From an uncultured delta proteobacterium (lineage in GTDB: Bacteria > Desulfobacterota > Syntrophorhabdia > Syntrophorhabdales > WCHB1-27), in NCBI GenBank assembly GCA_963810935.1, contig CAWEPK010000008.1:305492-369491 (forward strand): a stretch of 64,000 bases of DNA. The letters run 5' to 3'. The notes under the pieces were generated by a model. That model ran no database searches. It was not told the DNA's origin and saw nothing but the letters and a program-made list of their open reading frames with translations. Positions 9,189 through 18,116 of this stretch are shown piece by piece. Made by a program: the position numbers and the translations under genes. The first letter of the stretch is position 1, and the number at the start of each line of letters is the position of its first letter.

Positions 9189-9957
9189 CGTCCTGACCGT
9201 TCTCTTCCTGGGCGACGTCATCGGCAAGCCGGGGCGCTTGGCCGCCGTGCAATTCCTCAAGGATGCCCGCGCGGACTTCAAGATCATAAACGGCGAAAAC
9301 ATGGCCGGCGGGCTGGGCATCACCCCTGCCCTCGGCATAGAGATGATAGAGTCGGGGGTGGACGCGATAACGACAGGCAACCACGTCTGGAAGAAAAAAG
9401 AGGTCATCCCCTACCTGATGGCCGAGCAGCGCGTTATCAGACCCCTGAATTACCCTCCGGGCGCGCCCGGCTTCGGCACAACGATCGTCCGCAAAGGCGA
9501 CAAAGCGATCCGCCTGGCAAATATCGAGGGCAGGACGTTCATGGGCGCCCTCGACTGCCCTTTCCGCGCTATGGACGACTTCCTGGCCGCCGCAGGCGAC
9601 GGGCCGCCCATTATAGTCGATTTCCATGCCGAGGCGACCTCGGAAAAGGTCGCGATGGGCTGGTATCTAGACGGCAGGGTGGCCTGCCTCGTCGGCACGC
9701 ACACGCACGTGCAGACGTCGGACAACGTCGTGCTGCCCCAGGGCACGGGTTACCTGACGGACCTCGGCATGACCGGGCCCTTCAATTCCGTCATAGGCAT
9801 GGACAAAGGGGCGGTCATCGAGAGGTTCCTTACGCAGTTGCCGCAGAAATACGAGGTGGCGAAGGGCGAGGTCGAGGTGCAGGGCGCCATGATAACGATC
9901 GACGCCGTCACGAAGCGCTGCCTGAAGATAGAAAGGATCAGAGAAAGGGTGGAATAA
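9178..9957 (+). CDS. ymdB: YmdB-type metallophosphoesterase (2',3'-cyclic-nucleotide 2'-phosphodiesterase family)
   Basis: [42 protein letters not shown] and GTHTHVQT motifs. Overlaps the rny stop, as in the conserved rny-ymdB pair. Confidence 0.9.
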   Translation: MPDNVLTVLFLGDVIGKPGRLAAVQFLKDARADFKIINGENMAGGLGITPALGIEMIESGVDAITTGNHVWKKKEVIPYLMAEQRVIRPLNYPPGAPGFGTTIVRKGDKAIRLANIEGRTFMGALDCPFRAMDDFLAAAGDGPPIIVDFHAEATSEKVAMGWYLDGRVACLVGTHTHVQTSDNVVLPQGTGYLTDLGMTGPFNSVIGMDKGAVIERFLTQLPQKYEVAKGEVEVQGAMITIDAVTKRCLKIERIRERVE

Positions 9958-9960
9958 GCG

Positions 9961-11205
9961 ATGGACCTTGAGCGCGAGATGGAGATCATCCGGCGCGGCG
10001 CGGTTGAGCTCGTAAGCGTCGAGGAGTTGAAAAAGAAACTGACCCGTGCAAAGGCCGAGAAAAGGCCCCTGCGCGTTAAGCTAGGCATGGACCCGACCGC
10101 TCCCGACCTGCACCTCGGACACACGGTTGTACTCCAGAAATTAAAACAGTTCCAGGAGCTTGGCCACACGGCGATCTTCCTCGTCGGCGACTTCACGGGC
10201 ATGATCGGCGACCCGACCGGCAGAATAGAGACGCGGCCAGTCCTCTCGCGCGAGCAGCTCATGGAGAACGCCGAGACGTACAAACGGCAGGTCTTCAAGA
10301 TCCTCGACCCCGAAAAAACCGAGATACGCTTCAACAGCGAATGGATGGAGGCGATGAACGCAGCCGACATGATCAGGCTGTGCGCCAAATATACGGTCGC
10401 ACGCCTGCTGGAGCGCGACGACTTCAGGAACCGCTACCAGAAAGGCCTGCCCATAAGCGTCCACGAGTTCCTCTACCCCTTCGTCCAGGGGTATGATTCC
10501 GTAGCCCTCAAAGCGGACATCGAGCTCGGCGGCTCCGACCAGATATTCAACCTACTCGTCGGCAGGGAGATCCAGAAAGGCTACGGGCTGGAGCCGCAGG
10601 CCGTACTCACAGTCCCGCTCCTCGAAGGCACCGACGGCGTCAACAAGATGAGCAAGAGCTACGGCAACTACGTGGGCATAGACGAGCCGCCGGACGTTAT
10701 TTTCGGCAAGCTCATGGCCATCTCCGACGAACTCATGTTTCGCTATTACGAGCTTTTGAGCGATATATCCCTGGAAGAGCTGCAAGCCCTGAAGGAAAGC
10801 ATAAAGAAAGGGACCGTCCACCCGATGGACGCCAAGATGTGCTTCGCCCGCGAGATGGCCGCCCGCTTCCACAACGCTGACGCCGCAGCGACAGCCGAAG
10901 AGGACTGGAAGAAGGTCCACAGGCAGGGGGAGATACCCGAAAACGTCGAGACTATAACGATCAATATCTCACAACAGACGGCAGCCTCAACAGACGGCGT
11001 CTGGCTCCCCGGCATCCTAAAAGACGCCGGCCTTCTCAGCTCCACGTCCGAAGCCAAGCGCACGATAGGCCAGGGCGGCGTCTACATAGCCGACGGCGGC
11101 GACTTCGCCAAAATCACCAAAGAACACCTACCCGTAGTCACGGGCAAGCCATATACCTTCAAAGTAGGCAAAAAGAAATTCAAGACGGTGGTATTCGAGA
11201 GCTGA
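9961..11205 (+). CDS. tyrS: tyrosyl-tRNA synthetase
   Basis: Class I HIGH-type motif (DLHLGHTV), KMSKS (KMSKSYGN) and a C-terminal S4-like domain ([14 protein letters not shown]). Confidence 0.95.
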   Translation: MDLEREMEIIRRGAVELVSVEELKKKLTRAKAEKRPLRVKLGMDPTAPDLHLGHTVVLQKLKQFQELGHTAIFLVGDFTGMIGDPTGRIETRPVLSREQLMENAETYKRQVFKILDPEKTEIRFNSEWMEAMNAADMIRLCAKYTVARLLERDDFRNRYQKGLPISVHEFLYPFVQGYDSVALKADIELGGSDQIFNLLVGREIQKGYGLEPQAVLTVPLLEGTDGVNKMSKSYGNYVGIDEPPDVIFGKLMAISDELMFRYYELLSDISLEELQALKESIKKGTVHPMDAKMCFAREMAARFHNADAAATAEEDWKKVHRQGEIPENVETITINISQQTAASTDGVWLPGILKDAGLLSSTSEAKRTIGQGGVYIADGGDFAKITKEHLPVVTGKPYTFKVGKKKFKTVVFES

Positions 11206-11237
11206 ATCGAGCCAGCCTCCGGTGCTATTGGCCCATT

Positions 11238-11561
11238 TCAATGAATGCCCAGTTGCACCTTGATCGCTTCCTCAACCTTGCGCATATCTTCTTCCGTCAG
11301 GACGCCTGCCCGCTTGAAAAGCCTTTCCTTGCTGACGGTCGCCAATTGGTCCGCCATCCCCTTGCTTTCTTTGCCTTCGAAGGCTACTGCCGCTTCGCTC
11401 GGGTATAGTCGGTCCACGTTGCTGGTAAGGGGAACGACCTGAACGCGGTTAAGAAACCTGTTCGAGGCATCGTTACTCACGATAACAGCCGGCCTCTTCT
11501 TCCTGATCTCTCCCCCTATCGAGGGTTCAAAATTGACCCACCAAACCTCACCGCGTTTCAT
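11238..11561 (-). CDS. mazF: MazF/PemK-family endoribonuclease toxin
   Basis: [31 protein letters not shown]...VVPLTS is the canonical PemK/MazF N-terminus. 107 aa. Confidence 0.9.
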   Translation of the reverse strand: MKRGEVWWVNFEPSIGGEIRKKRPAVIVSNDASNRFLNRVQVVPLTSNVDRLYPSEAAVAFEGKESKGMADQLATVSKERLFKRAGVLTEEDMRKVEEAIKVQLGIH

Positions 11562-11778
11562 GGGCTATATCCTTAAAAGTCGCTTCGGCCCATTCCATGG
11601 CCTCTTTCTCTCTTTTCTTGTCCTTCGCCATGTCGGCATAGGATGACTCCAGGTCCGGGCGGACCACGTGCGGCCGAACCAATTCCTGTATGAACCTGCT
11701 TATCTTACGCGGGCCGATTGTTCTGTTCAGACCCTCGTACACTTCCTCGTCTATGGTTATAGTCAATTTCTTCTGCAC
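11548..11778 (-). CDS. cognate antitoxin (RHH-like) of the MazF toxin
   Basis: GTG at 11778 is preceded by GAGGTG. The product is [34 protein letters not shown]... with an acidic/basic tail. It overlaps the mazF start by 14 nt. The longer ORF-track start at 11868 lacks an SD. Confidence 0.65.
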   Translation of the reverse strand: MQKKLTITIDEEVYEGLNRTIGPRKISRFIQELVRPHVVRPDLESSYADMAKDKKREKEAMEWAEATFKDIAHETR

Positions 11779-11887
11779 CTCGCACCTCTCTATACGTGTA
11801 CTATACGTGCAGTGGGGAAAGATGTCAACAGCCAATAAGGGGTATGCCTTTATCCAGGGATAACGCAACGGACGTTGCGGGCGATGA

Positions 11888-12382
11888 TCAGCAGCCCATG
11901 TAGAACGGCGCCTCTACTATCTCGAACTCCGACTCCCCCTCTTCCGCCTTGCGCGCAAGCACTTCAAGGAGCCTCTGAAAGCTGTATATATGCCATGGCC
12001 CGATGGACCGCACCTTCTGCTTATTCTCCCAATCCCACGCACTCACCTCGTCGAGGGTCACCCTCTTCTTCTCCCCCGTCTCTTTGTAAAGAACCGTGAG
12101 GGCTATCTCGTACCTGCCGTCTTTCTTTTCATCGCCGCTCTCCTTCTTCCTCTGCGGCCGCGGCGTCCGCGTCTCGAACACTTCGATGGAGACGTCTTCC
12201 TCTTTACTCTTTAATACCTCTTTGAAATTCGCCTGCCAGTCATACTCGGGTCTCTTCAGTACCTTGTGATCGGGCGTCTCTTCCCCGTCCTGCGGGACAA
12301 TGTAGTTGTGCCTTCCCCGGTAGATAGGGCAATTCCTGCATCCGGCTTTTGAGAAAGGGCACTTGTTAACGTTTTCCGGCAT
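11888..12382 (-). CDS. hypothetical protein with an N-terminal CPFSKAGCRNCP cysteine motif
   Basis: 164-aa ORF with coding-like composition and a charged middle region. I recognised no family. Confidence 0.55.
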   Translation of the reverse strand: MPENVNKCPFSKAGCRNCPIYRGRHNYIVPQDGEETPDHKVLKRPEYDWQANFKEVLKSKEEDVSIEVFETRTPRPQRKKESGDEKKDGRYEIALTVLYKETGEKKRVTLDEVSAWDWENKQKVRSIGPWHIYSFQRLLEVLARKAEEGESEFEIVEAPFYMGC

Positions 12383-12487
12383 CGCTGTTCCTTCGGTGGT
12401 GGAATAAATGCACTTGTATACTAATATATGCCCACCTCCAAATCAAGTGAGGGCGGACGTGCAAGCACAGCGGGAACGTCTGTGGAG

Positions 12488-12718
12488 CCCCGATTACTGC
12501 CGCAGCGAGCGCCGAGCGCGGCAGTAATAAAGCGAGCGAATGCGAAGCGCCGAGCAGGGAGGCTCGCCGGGCTATACCCGGTGGAGAGGGTGCTTAACCC
12601 CGATTACTGTCGGAGCGAGTGCCGAGCGCGGCAGTAATAAAGCGAGCGAATGCGAAGCGCCGAGCAGGGAGGCTCGCCGGGCTTTGCCCGGCGAGGGGGC
12701 GCTGAGCCCCAATGATAG
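12488..12718. repeat. tandem direct repeat, two units of 110/109 bp plus the start of a third, each carrying conserved hairpins
   Basis: CCCCGATTACTG recurs at 12488 and 12598, and as CCCCAATGAT at 12707. About 60 nt in the middle of the units are identical (GCGGCAGTAATAAAGCGAGCGAATGCGAAGCGCCGAGCAGGGAGGCTCGCCGGGCT). Hairpins include ATTACTGCCGC-N14-GCGGCAGTAAT and CCGGG..CCCGG. Confidence 0.9.
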
Positions 12719-12720
12719 AT

Positions 12721-12768
12721 GCCCGTCCGTCCTGCCTTCGGGCAATGCTTCCGGCCGGACGGACGGGC
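12721..12768. terminator. perfect 12-bp inverted repeat with an inner UUCG-capped stem, 12 nt beyond the beta-helix gene stop
   Basis: GCCCGTCCGTCC (12721-12732) pairs with GGACGGACGGGC (12757-12768). The inner stem is TGCC-TTCG-GGCA (12733-12744). CTTTT follows on the plus strand only. Confidence 0.5.
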
Positions 12769-12779
12769 CTTTTGGAGGG

Positions 12780-14858
12780 CTAGTTAGTGTGCCTTTTCCT
12801 GCCGCGCGCCAGACCTGCTGCGGCCGGGATTGCGACGGGGAAGAGGAAGAGCAGCGTCATCGGATATTTCACTCCGTAGACAATGGGAGTCAACGCGTAC
12901 CGGGTCAAAGTGCGGAGCGCCTCGTGGCGCCTTATATGTTCAGCCACGGGCGGTGAAAGCCGGTAGTACATGTGGACGAACGCCGCGCCGATGGGGTTTG
13001 TAAGCAGGTATTTGTCCCTGAAGCCCCGCAGCACCATGACCTCGGGCGCAAGGTAGCTGCCGTAGGCCGCAGTGGCGATGAAGCACCCGCCGCCGCCGCC
13101 GCCGCCCGACCCGCTGCCGGGGTCGGCCGATGCAGAAGCCGAGCCGGGAGCCCCGCCGCTGGTGCTTATTAAGGGCATACCGTTAGCCGGGGCAGCAGAG
13201 CCGTTATTGAATGCTCCCATGTCCCATGCGCCGGACGACGGCCGAGCGTTTCCGTTGAAATCGACTGGAGCGATGCCCCACGTGTTCTGCATAATCGAGA
13301 AGACGTTGTCCGGCACGGCCGGCGGCGTTGCCGCCAGGTTAAGACCCGTACCGATGGCAGAGGAGCCGCCCCCAAGGGTAAAGTCCGCGTTCGCGGAGTT
13401 ATTGAAGTTCGCGTGCCAGCCTTTGGTAGCGCTGTCGCCCGAATGGCTGTCCTGACCGCTTGCGGCTACCCAGGAAGCCAGATTGGGCGGCGATGTAGAG
13501 TAATTGTAAATGATAGTCGCGCTGCCGGATGCTATCGGCGCGATATAGTTGTATGCGAGCAGGGCCTCGGAGCCGCCGCCCTGGTCGAACCCGTTGTAGT
13601 CGCCGACGTACATGGGCGCCAGCGGGTTGCCGTTGATGCTCGGATTTCCCAGGAGCAGGTCCGCATTCCCCGTGCCGTTCTGGTTCTGATAAAAGATCGT
13701 GTTATCGCTGTAAATACGCGTCGGCCTGGTCGGTGCGTTGTCCCCGTCCTGGTTACAGAAGCTATAGATCCCATCGCCGTTGTTGAGGGCAAAAACGCAG
13801 TTGTAGAGATATACGCTTACCCCCATATAGATCCACATGCCGTCGTGATAGTTGCCATAGCTGATACAGTTTACGTAGTACTGGCGGGCATTCGGGTTAC
13901 CCGCGTTGTCCGTGGCGTAATCGTCCGCGTTCGCACCGAATCCGGAATAGCTCTGTGTAGCAACGCAATTGAGATAAAGGATATTGTCCGCATAGCGTCC
14001 CGGCGGCTCGCCGACGCAGCCCGTGTCGAAACCCCTTCCGGTGATCGCCCATGCACTGCAGTTGACGTAGGCAATATTCCAGGAGTTCGTCGTCCAGAAC
14101 CCCATATTGACATCCGTCCCGCCTTCCTGCGTGCCCGGCGCGTTTCCGATGTTGTGGGCGCTGCAATTCTGGTAAACGCCCTGGGTGCAGCCGAAGCTCT
14201 CGTCCCCCGTGTAAAAACCGCCGTTATTGGCACGCGAGTTTCCGTCGCATTCGACATTGTAGATGTAAAAACTACCCTGGCAATGCAGATAGAATGAATA
14301 CGAGGCCGCTGAATAGACCCTCATGTTCTTGACGTTGAGGCCCTGCATCGGGTTCGATTCGGACGGGCCGTCCGCCTCGAATCCCCTGTTGGTGCTGTTC
14401 TGCACGTCGAACCCCTGCGCGCTCGCGCCGTCCAGCGTCACATAGTTCGTGTTCGTAACCTGGATCAGCGCGCTGTACTGGCCCAGGCCCGCGCCGCCGC
14501 CGTTAAAAACGACGTTGCCCGAGCCCCATGAAGCGAGCCGGGCTATTGTGATGGGGGCCGATGCGGAGCCGCCCGCGTAATGGCCGCTGTCGATGCTGAG
14601 CTGCCCTGTCAGATTGAAGCTCGCGCCCGACTTGACGTAGATCGTGTCGCCGCCGTTGATTGTCGGGAAGCTGCCGCCTGCCGGGTCCCCCGGGATGTGG
14701 GCCCAGGGCGATGCCTGGCTCGTCCCCGGATTGCTGTCGTTGCCTGTCTGGGGGTCCACGTAATATGTCGATGCAGCCGCAAGGCCCGGCAATACAAGGC
14801 ACGCGAGGCCCATGCACGACATAATTACGAAGACTTTCAGACCGCTGGAAAATCTCAT
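12780..14858 (-). CDS. secreted right-handed parallel beta-helix repeat protein with a poly-Gly linker and a [10 protein letters not shown]-type C-terminal anchor domain
   Basis: Signal peptide [30 protein letters not shown]. Asn/Gly/Thr-rich beta-helix-like repeats ([47 protein letters not shown]). The C-terminal region reads [41 protein letters not shown]...[12 protein letters not shown] plus a terminal hydrophobic helix and a basic tail. Confidence 0.85.
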   Translation of the reverse strand: MRFSSGLKVFVIMSCMGLACLVLPGLAAASTYYVDPQTGNDSNPGTSQASPWAHIPGDPAGGSFPTINGGDTIYVKSGASFNLTGQLSIDSGHYAGGSASAPITIARLASWGSGNVVFNGGGAGLGQYSALIQVTNTNYVTLDGASAQGFDVQNSTNRGFEADGPSESNPMQGLNVKNMRVYSAASYSFYLHCQGSFYIYNVECDGNSRANNGGFYTGDESFGCTQGVYQNCSAHNIGNAPGTQEGGTDVNMGFWTTNSWNIAYVNCSAWAITGRGFDTGCVGEPPGRYADNILYLNCVATQSYSGFGANADDYATDNAGNPNARQYYVNCISYGNYHDGMWIYMGVSVYLYNCVFALNNGDGIYSFCNQDGDNAPTRPTRIYSDNTIFYQNQNGTGNADLLLGNPSINGNPLAPMYVGDYNGFDQGGGSEALLAYNYIAPIASGSATIIYNYSTSPPNLASWVAASGQDSHSGDSATKGWHANFNNSANADFTLGGGSSAIGTGLNLAATPPAVPDNVFSIMQNTWGIAPVDFNGNARPSSGAWDMGAFNNGSAAPANGMPLISTSGGAPGSASASADPGSGSGGGGGGGCFIATAAYGSYLAPEVMVLRGFRDKYLLTNPIGAAFVHMYYRLSPPVAEHIRRHEALRTLTRYALTPIVYGVKYPMTLLFLFPVAIPAAAGLARGRKRHTN

Positions 14859-15138
14859 AGATACATCCTCCTGACTTTTTGACCGTCCGGTGTTGTTCCC
14901 TATTCGTTTCAGAGAGGTTTGTGGACGACTTGCTTTAGGCGGTTAGTTTTAATACGTATGGCCAGTACTTGTCAACAACTTTTTTACTACCGGAGGCCAA
15001 CGGAGGTAGACATCGCCCTGCTGGCGGGCAAATACGGAGAAGCAGAAAACTCTCTTGGCATAGAGAGGAAGGGGCTAAGGAGAGGCGCCGGTCTCTTTTG
15101 CGGGACCGGATAGAAGATGCTGATATAAGGCCCCGTAA

Positions 15139-15591
15139 CTACCTGGAGGCAAGCAGGATACGCACGGCCCAGCCTTTCGGCAGCCTGTAGACGTGCTCCG
15201 CCGGGACTGCCGGCCCTTCATACTCCCGCGCCTTAGCCCGGCCGGTGCGCGTATCAAGCTGCACGATGAGGCGGACCTGTTTTTTGCCGTCAAGCTCGAC
15301 CTTCTCTTCCAGGACCGGAGGAAGACCAGTGCCCTCCCAGTTGATCTGGATAAACCCCGCCGAGCGCTCCCCTGTCAGGCCATCAAAGACCGGGCGGTGG
15401 ATGAGCGCCTTATAAGTGCCGTGATCGCTGACACGTACCACCTCTCCCCCGGTAAGCCTCGCGGACGGGGTGACGCCGGCCGCAGAGGCAAGCTTGCGGC
15501 TGAAATAGTCATTCCCCACGAATGTGGCGATCACGATAAAGACGGCAAGGACCGCCCAGATATATCCGAGTATCGCTTTCAACCTGTTCAC
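15139..15591 (-). CDS. membrane-anchored hypothetical protein (last gene of the PadR operon)
   Basis: GTG at 15591 is preceded by AAAAAGGAGGG. N-terminal TM ILGYIWAVLAVFIVIATFV. The ORF-track start at 15744 would overlap the upstream gene by about 140 nt. Confidence 0.6.
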   Translation of the reverse strand: MNRLKAILGYIWAVLAVFIVIATFVGNDYFSRKLASAAGVTPSARLTGGEVVRVSDHGTYKALIHRPVFDGLTGERSAGFIQINWEGTGLPPVLEEKVELDGKKQVRLIVQLDTRTGRAKAREYEGPAVPAEHVYRLPKGWAVRILLASR

Positions 15592-15605
15592 GCTACCCTC
15601 CTTTT

Positions 15606-16799
15606 TTACCCGATTATGTGCCCGGTCGCGACCAGCTTTATGACCCTGAAGACAGCATCCCTCACCATGCCCCCGCCCATGGTCGCAAGGAAGAGAAAGG
15701 CCGGGTAAAGAAAGAGAAGCCTTTGCGCGCCGCCGTGCGCACAAGGGTCCGCACCCTTCACATGGTAGGAGAGCGCGCCCCTAGGGCAGATATCGACGCA
15801 CTTACCGCACTTCATGCATGTCATCCTGCTCCCGCCCGCCTCTATGCTTTCCGCGTCTATCGAAAAAGTAGGGCAATTGCGGGTGCAAAGACCGCACTTT
15901 ACGCACTTCTCCCTGTCCGCCCGTATCGTGAACACACTCGCCTTGTTCGTGAAAGACTGAAAAGCTCCGAACGGGCAAAAAAGTCCGCACTGCGTGCGCC
16001 GCTTCGTCAGGAAAGGCAGTACTATGACAAGGCCCGCAAATAGCATGATAAATATGATCGTTTGTATAAGGGTCTTGAGAGAAATGACCTGCACGTACTC
16101 CGTGACGGCCTTGAAGGGGCACAGCCAGTAGCAGTACGTCGGCGACAGGGTGGCTGCGGCGGTAAGGACGACCATCAGGAGGACCGCAAACGGGAGATAT
16201 CTCCAGATTCCGCCGGCAAACCGCAAGATGGGTTTCTTTAAGATGCGCGAGAAGCCGTCTTCCAGGCCGCCGAAGAAGCAGACCCACCCGCAAAAGCCGC
16301 GGCCGAGCGTGAGAGAGGCGCCGATCCAGATAATGAACATAGTGGCGGCGGAGTGGAAGCCCCCGATGATCGACGCGGGGAATATGAGCGTCCTCGTGAG
16401 GGCCGCCGGGATAAGCGTCATGGGGATAACGATGTGGCAGAAGGGCGCCTCCGCCCGCAGGATATTCGCCTCGGTCAGCGCCATCGTCCCGCGCACCTCG
16501 ACCACCTGAGAAATGAAAGAGATGACGAAGGCAACGGCGTAGACTATGAAGAGCACGGCCCGGTAGCGGTCCGTCCTGCCTTTGTACACCATCAGGAAAA
16601 ACAAGAGGTTGAAGAAGACGAAGGCGATCGCCACCGACGCAGCATGCGCCGCCCCGGCAGGGCCGTGCCTGCCTGCAATCGTAACGAACGTGACGACCAT
16701 CATGGGCAGGGCGATTAAGAAGGCCTTAAGAGGGCTGCGGCCGGCAGGCCGGGCCTCGACGACTTGGGGAGCGAAATCGGGCCGTGCTTCGTTTTTCAT
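15606..16799 (-). CDS. membrane-bound 4Fe-4S polyferredoxin (NapH/MauN/NosR-like family)
   Basis: Multiple TM helices, CxxxC-type membrane motifs (FCGWVCFFGG, YCYWLCPF, QCGLFCPFG) and two ferredoxin motifs (CVKCGLCTRNCP, CMKCGKCVDICP). Confidence 0.85.
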   Translation of the reverse strand: MKNEARPDFAPQVVEARPAGRSPLKAFLIALPMMVVTFVTIAGRHGPAGAAHAASVAIAFVFFNLLFFLMVYKGRTDRYRAVLFIVYAVAFVISFISQVVEVRGTMALTEANILRAEAPFCHIVIPMTLIPAALTRTLIFPASIIGGFHSAATMFIIWIGASLTLGRGFCGWVCFFGGLEDGFSRILKKPILRFAGGIWRYLPFAVLLMVVLTAAATLSPTYCYWLCPFKAVTEYVQVISLKTLIQTIIFIMLFAGLVIVLPFLTKRRTQCGLFCPFGAFQSFTNKASVFTIRADREKCVKCGLCTRNCPTFSIDAESIEAGGSRMTCMKCGKCVDICPRGALSYHVKGADPCAHGGAQRLLFLYPAFLFLATMGGGMVRDAVFRVIKLVATGHIIG

Positions 16800-17437
16800 A
16801 ACCCCTTAATACCTCCTGCAAATATTATTAGCCCCGAGAAAAAATAATAGACGCCCATGAGCCCCGCCGCGAGCCGTCCCACCATTCTCACGGCCGGATA
16901 GACTCGAAGCAGGCCCAACAGAGGCGCAGGGATCAGAACAAGAGACGTACCTGCAAAGAACATCAGGAAAAAGAAAAGGCTGTAAGGGAGGCTGCCCTTC
17001 TCCGCCGACCCCGCCACGGCCAGCAAAAACGGCGGACACAGGCTTAAGCCCGTAGCCAGCCCGGCGCCGAAGGGCGCGAGGGCTGGAAGGCGCAGGCGGC
17101 CGGCGGCAGCCGCCAGGCGGGATGACCACCTGCACGAGACGCCGGAACACCGGCCGATATCGAAGAAGCCGTAAAGGACGAGAGCAACGGCTATCGCCAT
17201 GTAGGCGAAGCCTATGACCGGCGCCCTGTAGGCGTCTTTGAGGAGCGACGCGCTGACTGCCCAGGCGGCTACCCCGAAAATAAGATATCCGGCCAGCCTC
17301 CCGCAGAGGAACCGGAGGAGCACGCCGGTACTTGCCGCCGCTCCGCCGCCGCCGGCCATGACGCAGGGCACGAGGACCGGGGCGCAATAAGCGAGGCAAA
17401 TGCCGCCGTTGCTAAGACCCAGGATAAAGGCTTCCAC
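16796..17437 (-). CDS. polytopic membrane protein, DsbD_2/TauE-SafE-like
   Basis: About six hydrophobic helices, an N-terminal GLSNGGICLAYCAPVLVPC motif and a second SLCPPFLL motif. The family assignment is tentative. It overlaps the neighbouring gene by 4 nt. Confidence 0.55.
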   Translation of the reverse strand: MEAFILGLSNGGICLAYCAPVLVPCVMAGGGGAAASTGVLLRFLCGRLAGYLIFGVAAWAVSASLLKDAYRAPVIGFAYMAIAVALVLYGFFDIGRCSGVSCRWSSRLAAAAGRLRLPALAPFGAGLATGLSLCPPFLLAVAGSAEKGSLPYSLFFFLMFFAGTSLVLIPAPLLGLLRVYPAVRMVGRLAAGLMGVYYFFSGLIIFAGGIKGL

Positions 17438-17444
17438 CGCCCCC

Positions 17445-18002
17445 TTACCTCTCTTTTCTCGCTTCCTTCATGCGCTCCAGCACGGCGTCGCACCACTCGA
17501 CGGTCATCTGTGACTGCCTGCGGCCGTAATCAAGCGTCATCTGCCAGAACAGGACGTCGTCTCCATCATTCATCGCGCGCGCCCGCCGTTCCATCTCGGG
17601 CTCAATTTCCTTTTTGTATTTATCGAGGAGGCGCTCGTGGAACGCCCTTGCCCTGGCGATGTGCTCCAGGAAACGCTTACGGGGAAGGCGGGCCCCGAAG
17701 AAGACCTTAACAAACATGGGCGAGCGCGGGGCCGGCGCCTGGGGGGCTTCAGCCAGCCAGCGCTCGAACTCTTCTTCCCCAGATTCGTTTATGCGGTATA
17801 CCTTGCGGCTCGGCTTGCCGTCCTGGTGCTCGACGGTCGATTCGATCCAGCCTTCCGCCTCCATCTTTCCAAGCGTCCGGTAGATTTGCGGCAGCGTGGC
17901 GTTCCAGAAGAAGTAGATCGACTTATTGAACGCCGCCTTAAGGTCGTAGCCCGTTGCGGGACCGTACTGGATGAGGCCGAGAAGCGCGTGAGGCAGGGAC
18001 AT
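17445..18002 (-). CDS. PadR-family transcriptional regulator (long form with C-terminal domain)
   Basis: LLGLIQYGPATGYDLKAAFNKSIYFFWNATLPQIYRTLGKMEAEGWI...KVYRINESGEEEF is a typical PadR winged helix. Confidence 0.9.
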   Translation of the reverse strand: MSLPHALLGLIQYGPATGYDLKAAFNKSIYFFWNATLPQIYRTLGKMEAEGWIESTVEHQDGKPSRKVYRINESGEEEFERWLAEAPQAPAPRSPMFVKVFFGARLPRKRFLEHIARARAFHERLLDKYKKEIEPEMERRARAMNDGDDVLFWQMTLDYGRRQSQMTVEWCDAVLERMKEARKER

Positions 18003-18029
18003 GATCGCTCCTTAGATGCGTTGTACTAT

Positions 18030-18073
18030 ATGTGTCTATGCACATAGTAATGCAGACATATATGGCATGTCAA
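18030..18073 (-). promoter_or_regulatory. candidate sigma-70 promoter of the padR operon with an overlapping PadR-type operator
   Basis: Minus strand reads TTGACA (18073-18068), an 18-nt spacer, then TACTAT (18049-18044), with an A-tract upstream. The palindrome ATGT-N8-ACAT (ATGTGTCTATGCACAT, 18030-18045) abuts the -10. ATGT-N8-ACAT is the operator pattern reported for PadR regulators. Confidence 0.45.
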
Positions 18074-18116
18074 TACATTTTTTATTTTTTTTCGATTTAA
18101 TGAGTGCTGACGATTA

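Noticed and set aside
12488-12718. Possibility that the repeat array is a CRISPR locus
   Set aside because: The units are about 110 bp and directly abutting, with no unique spacers. There are only about two copies, and no cas genes occur anywhere in the window.
12428-12956. ORFs 12428..12637 and 12540..12956 running through the tandem repeat
   Set aside because: Their sequence is dictated by the repeat and its hairpins (repeated RAGRLAG/SAEQGGSPG strings). They have no SD, and one overlaps the 3' end of the beta-helix gene on the other strand.
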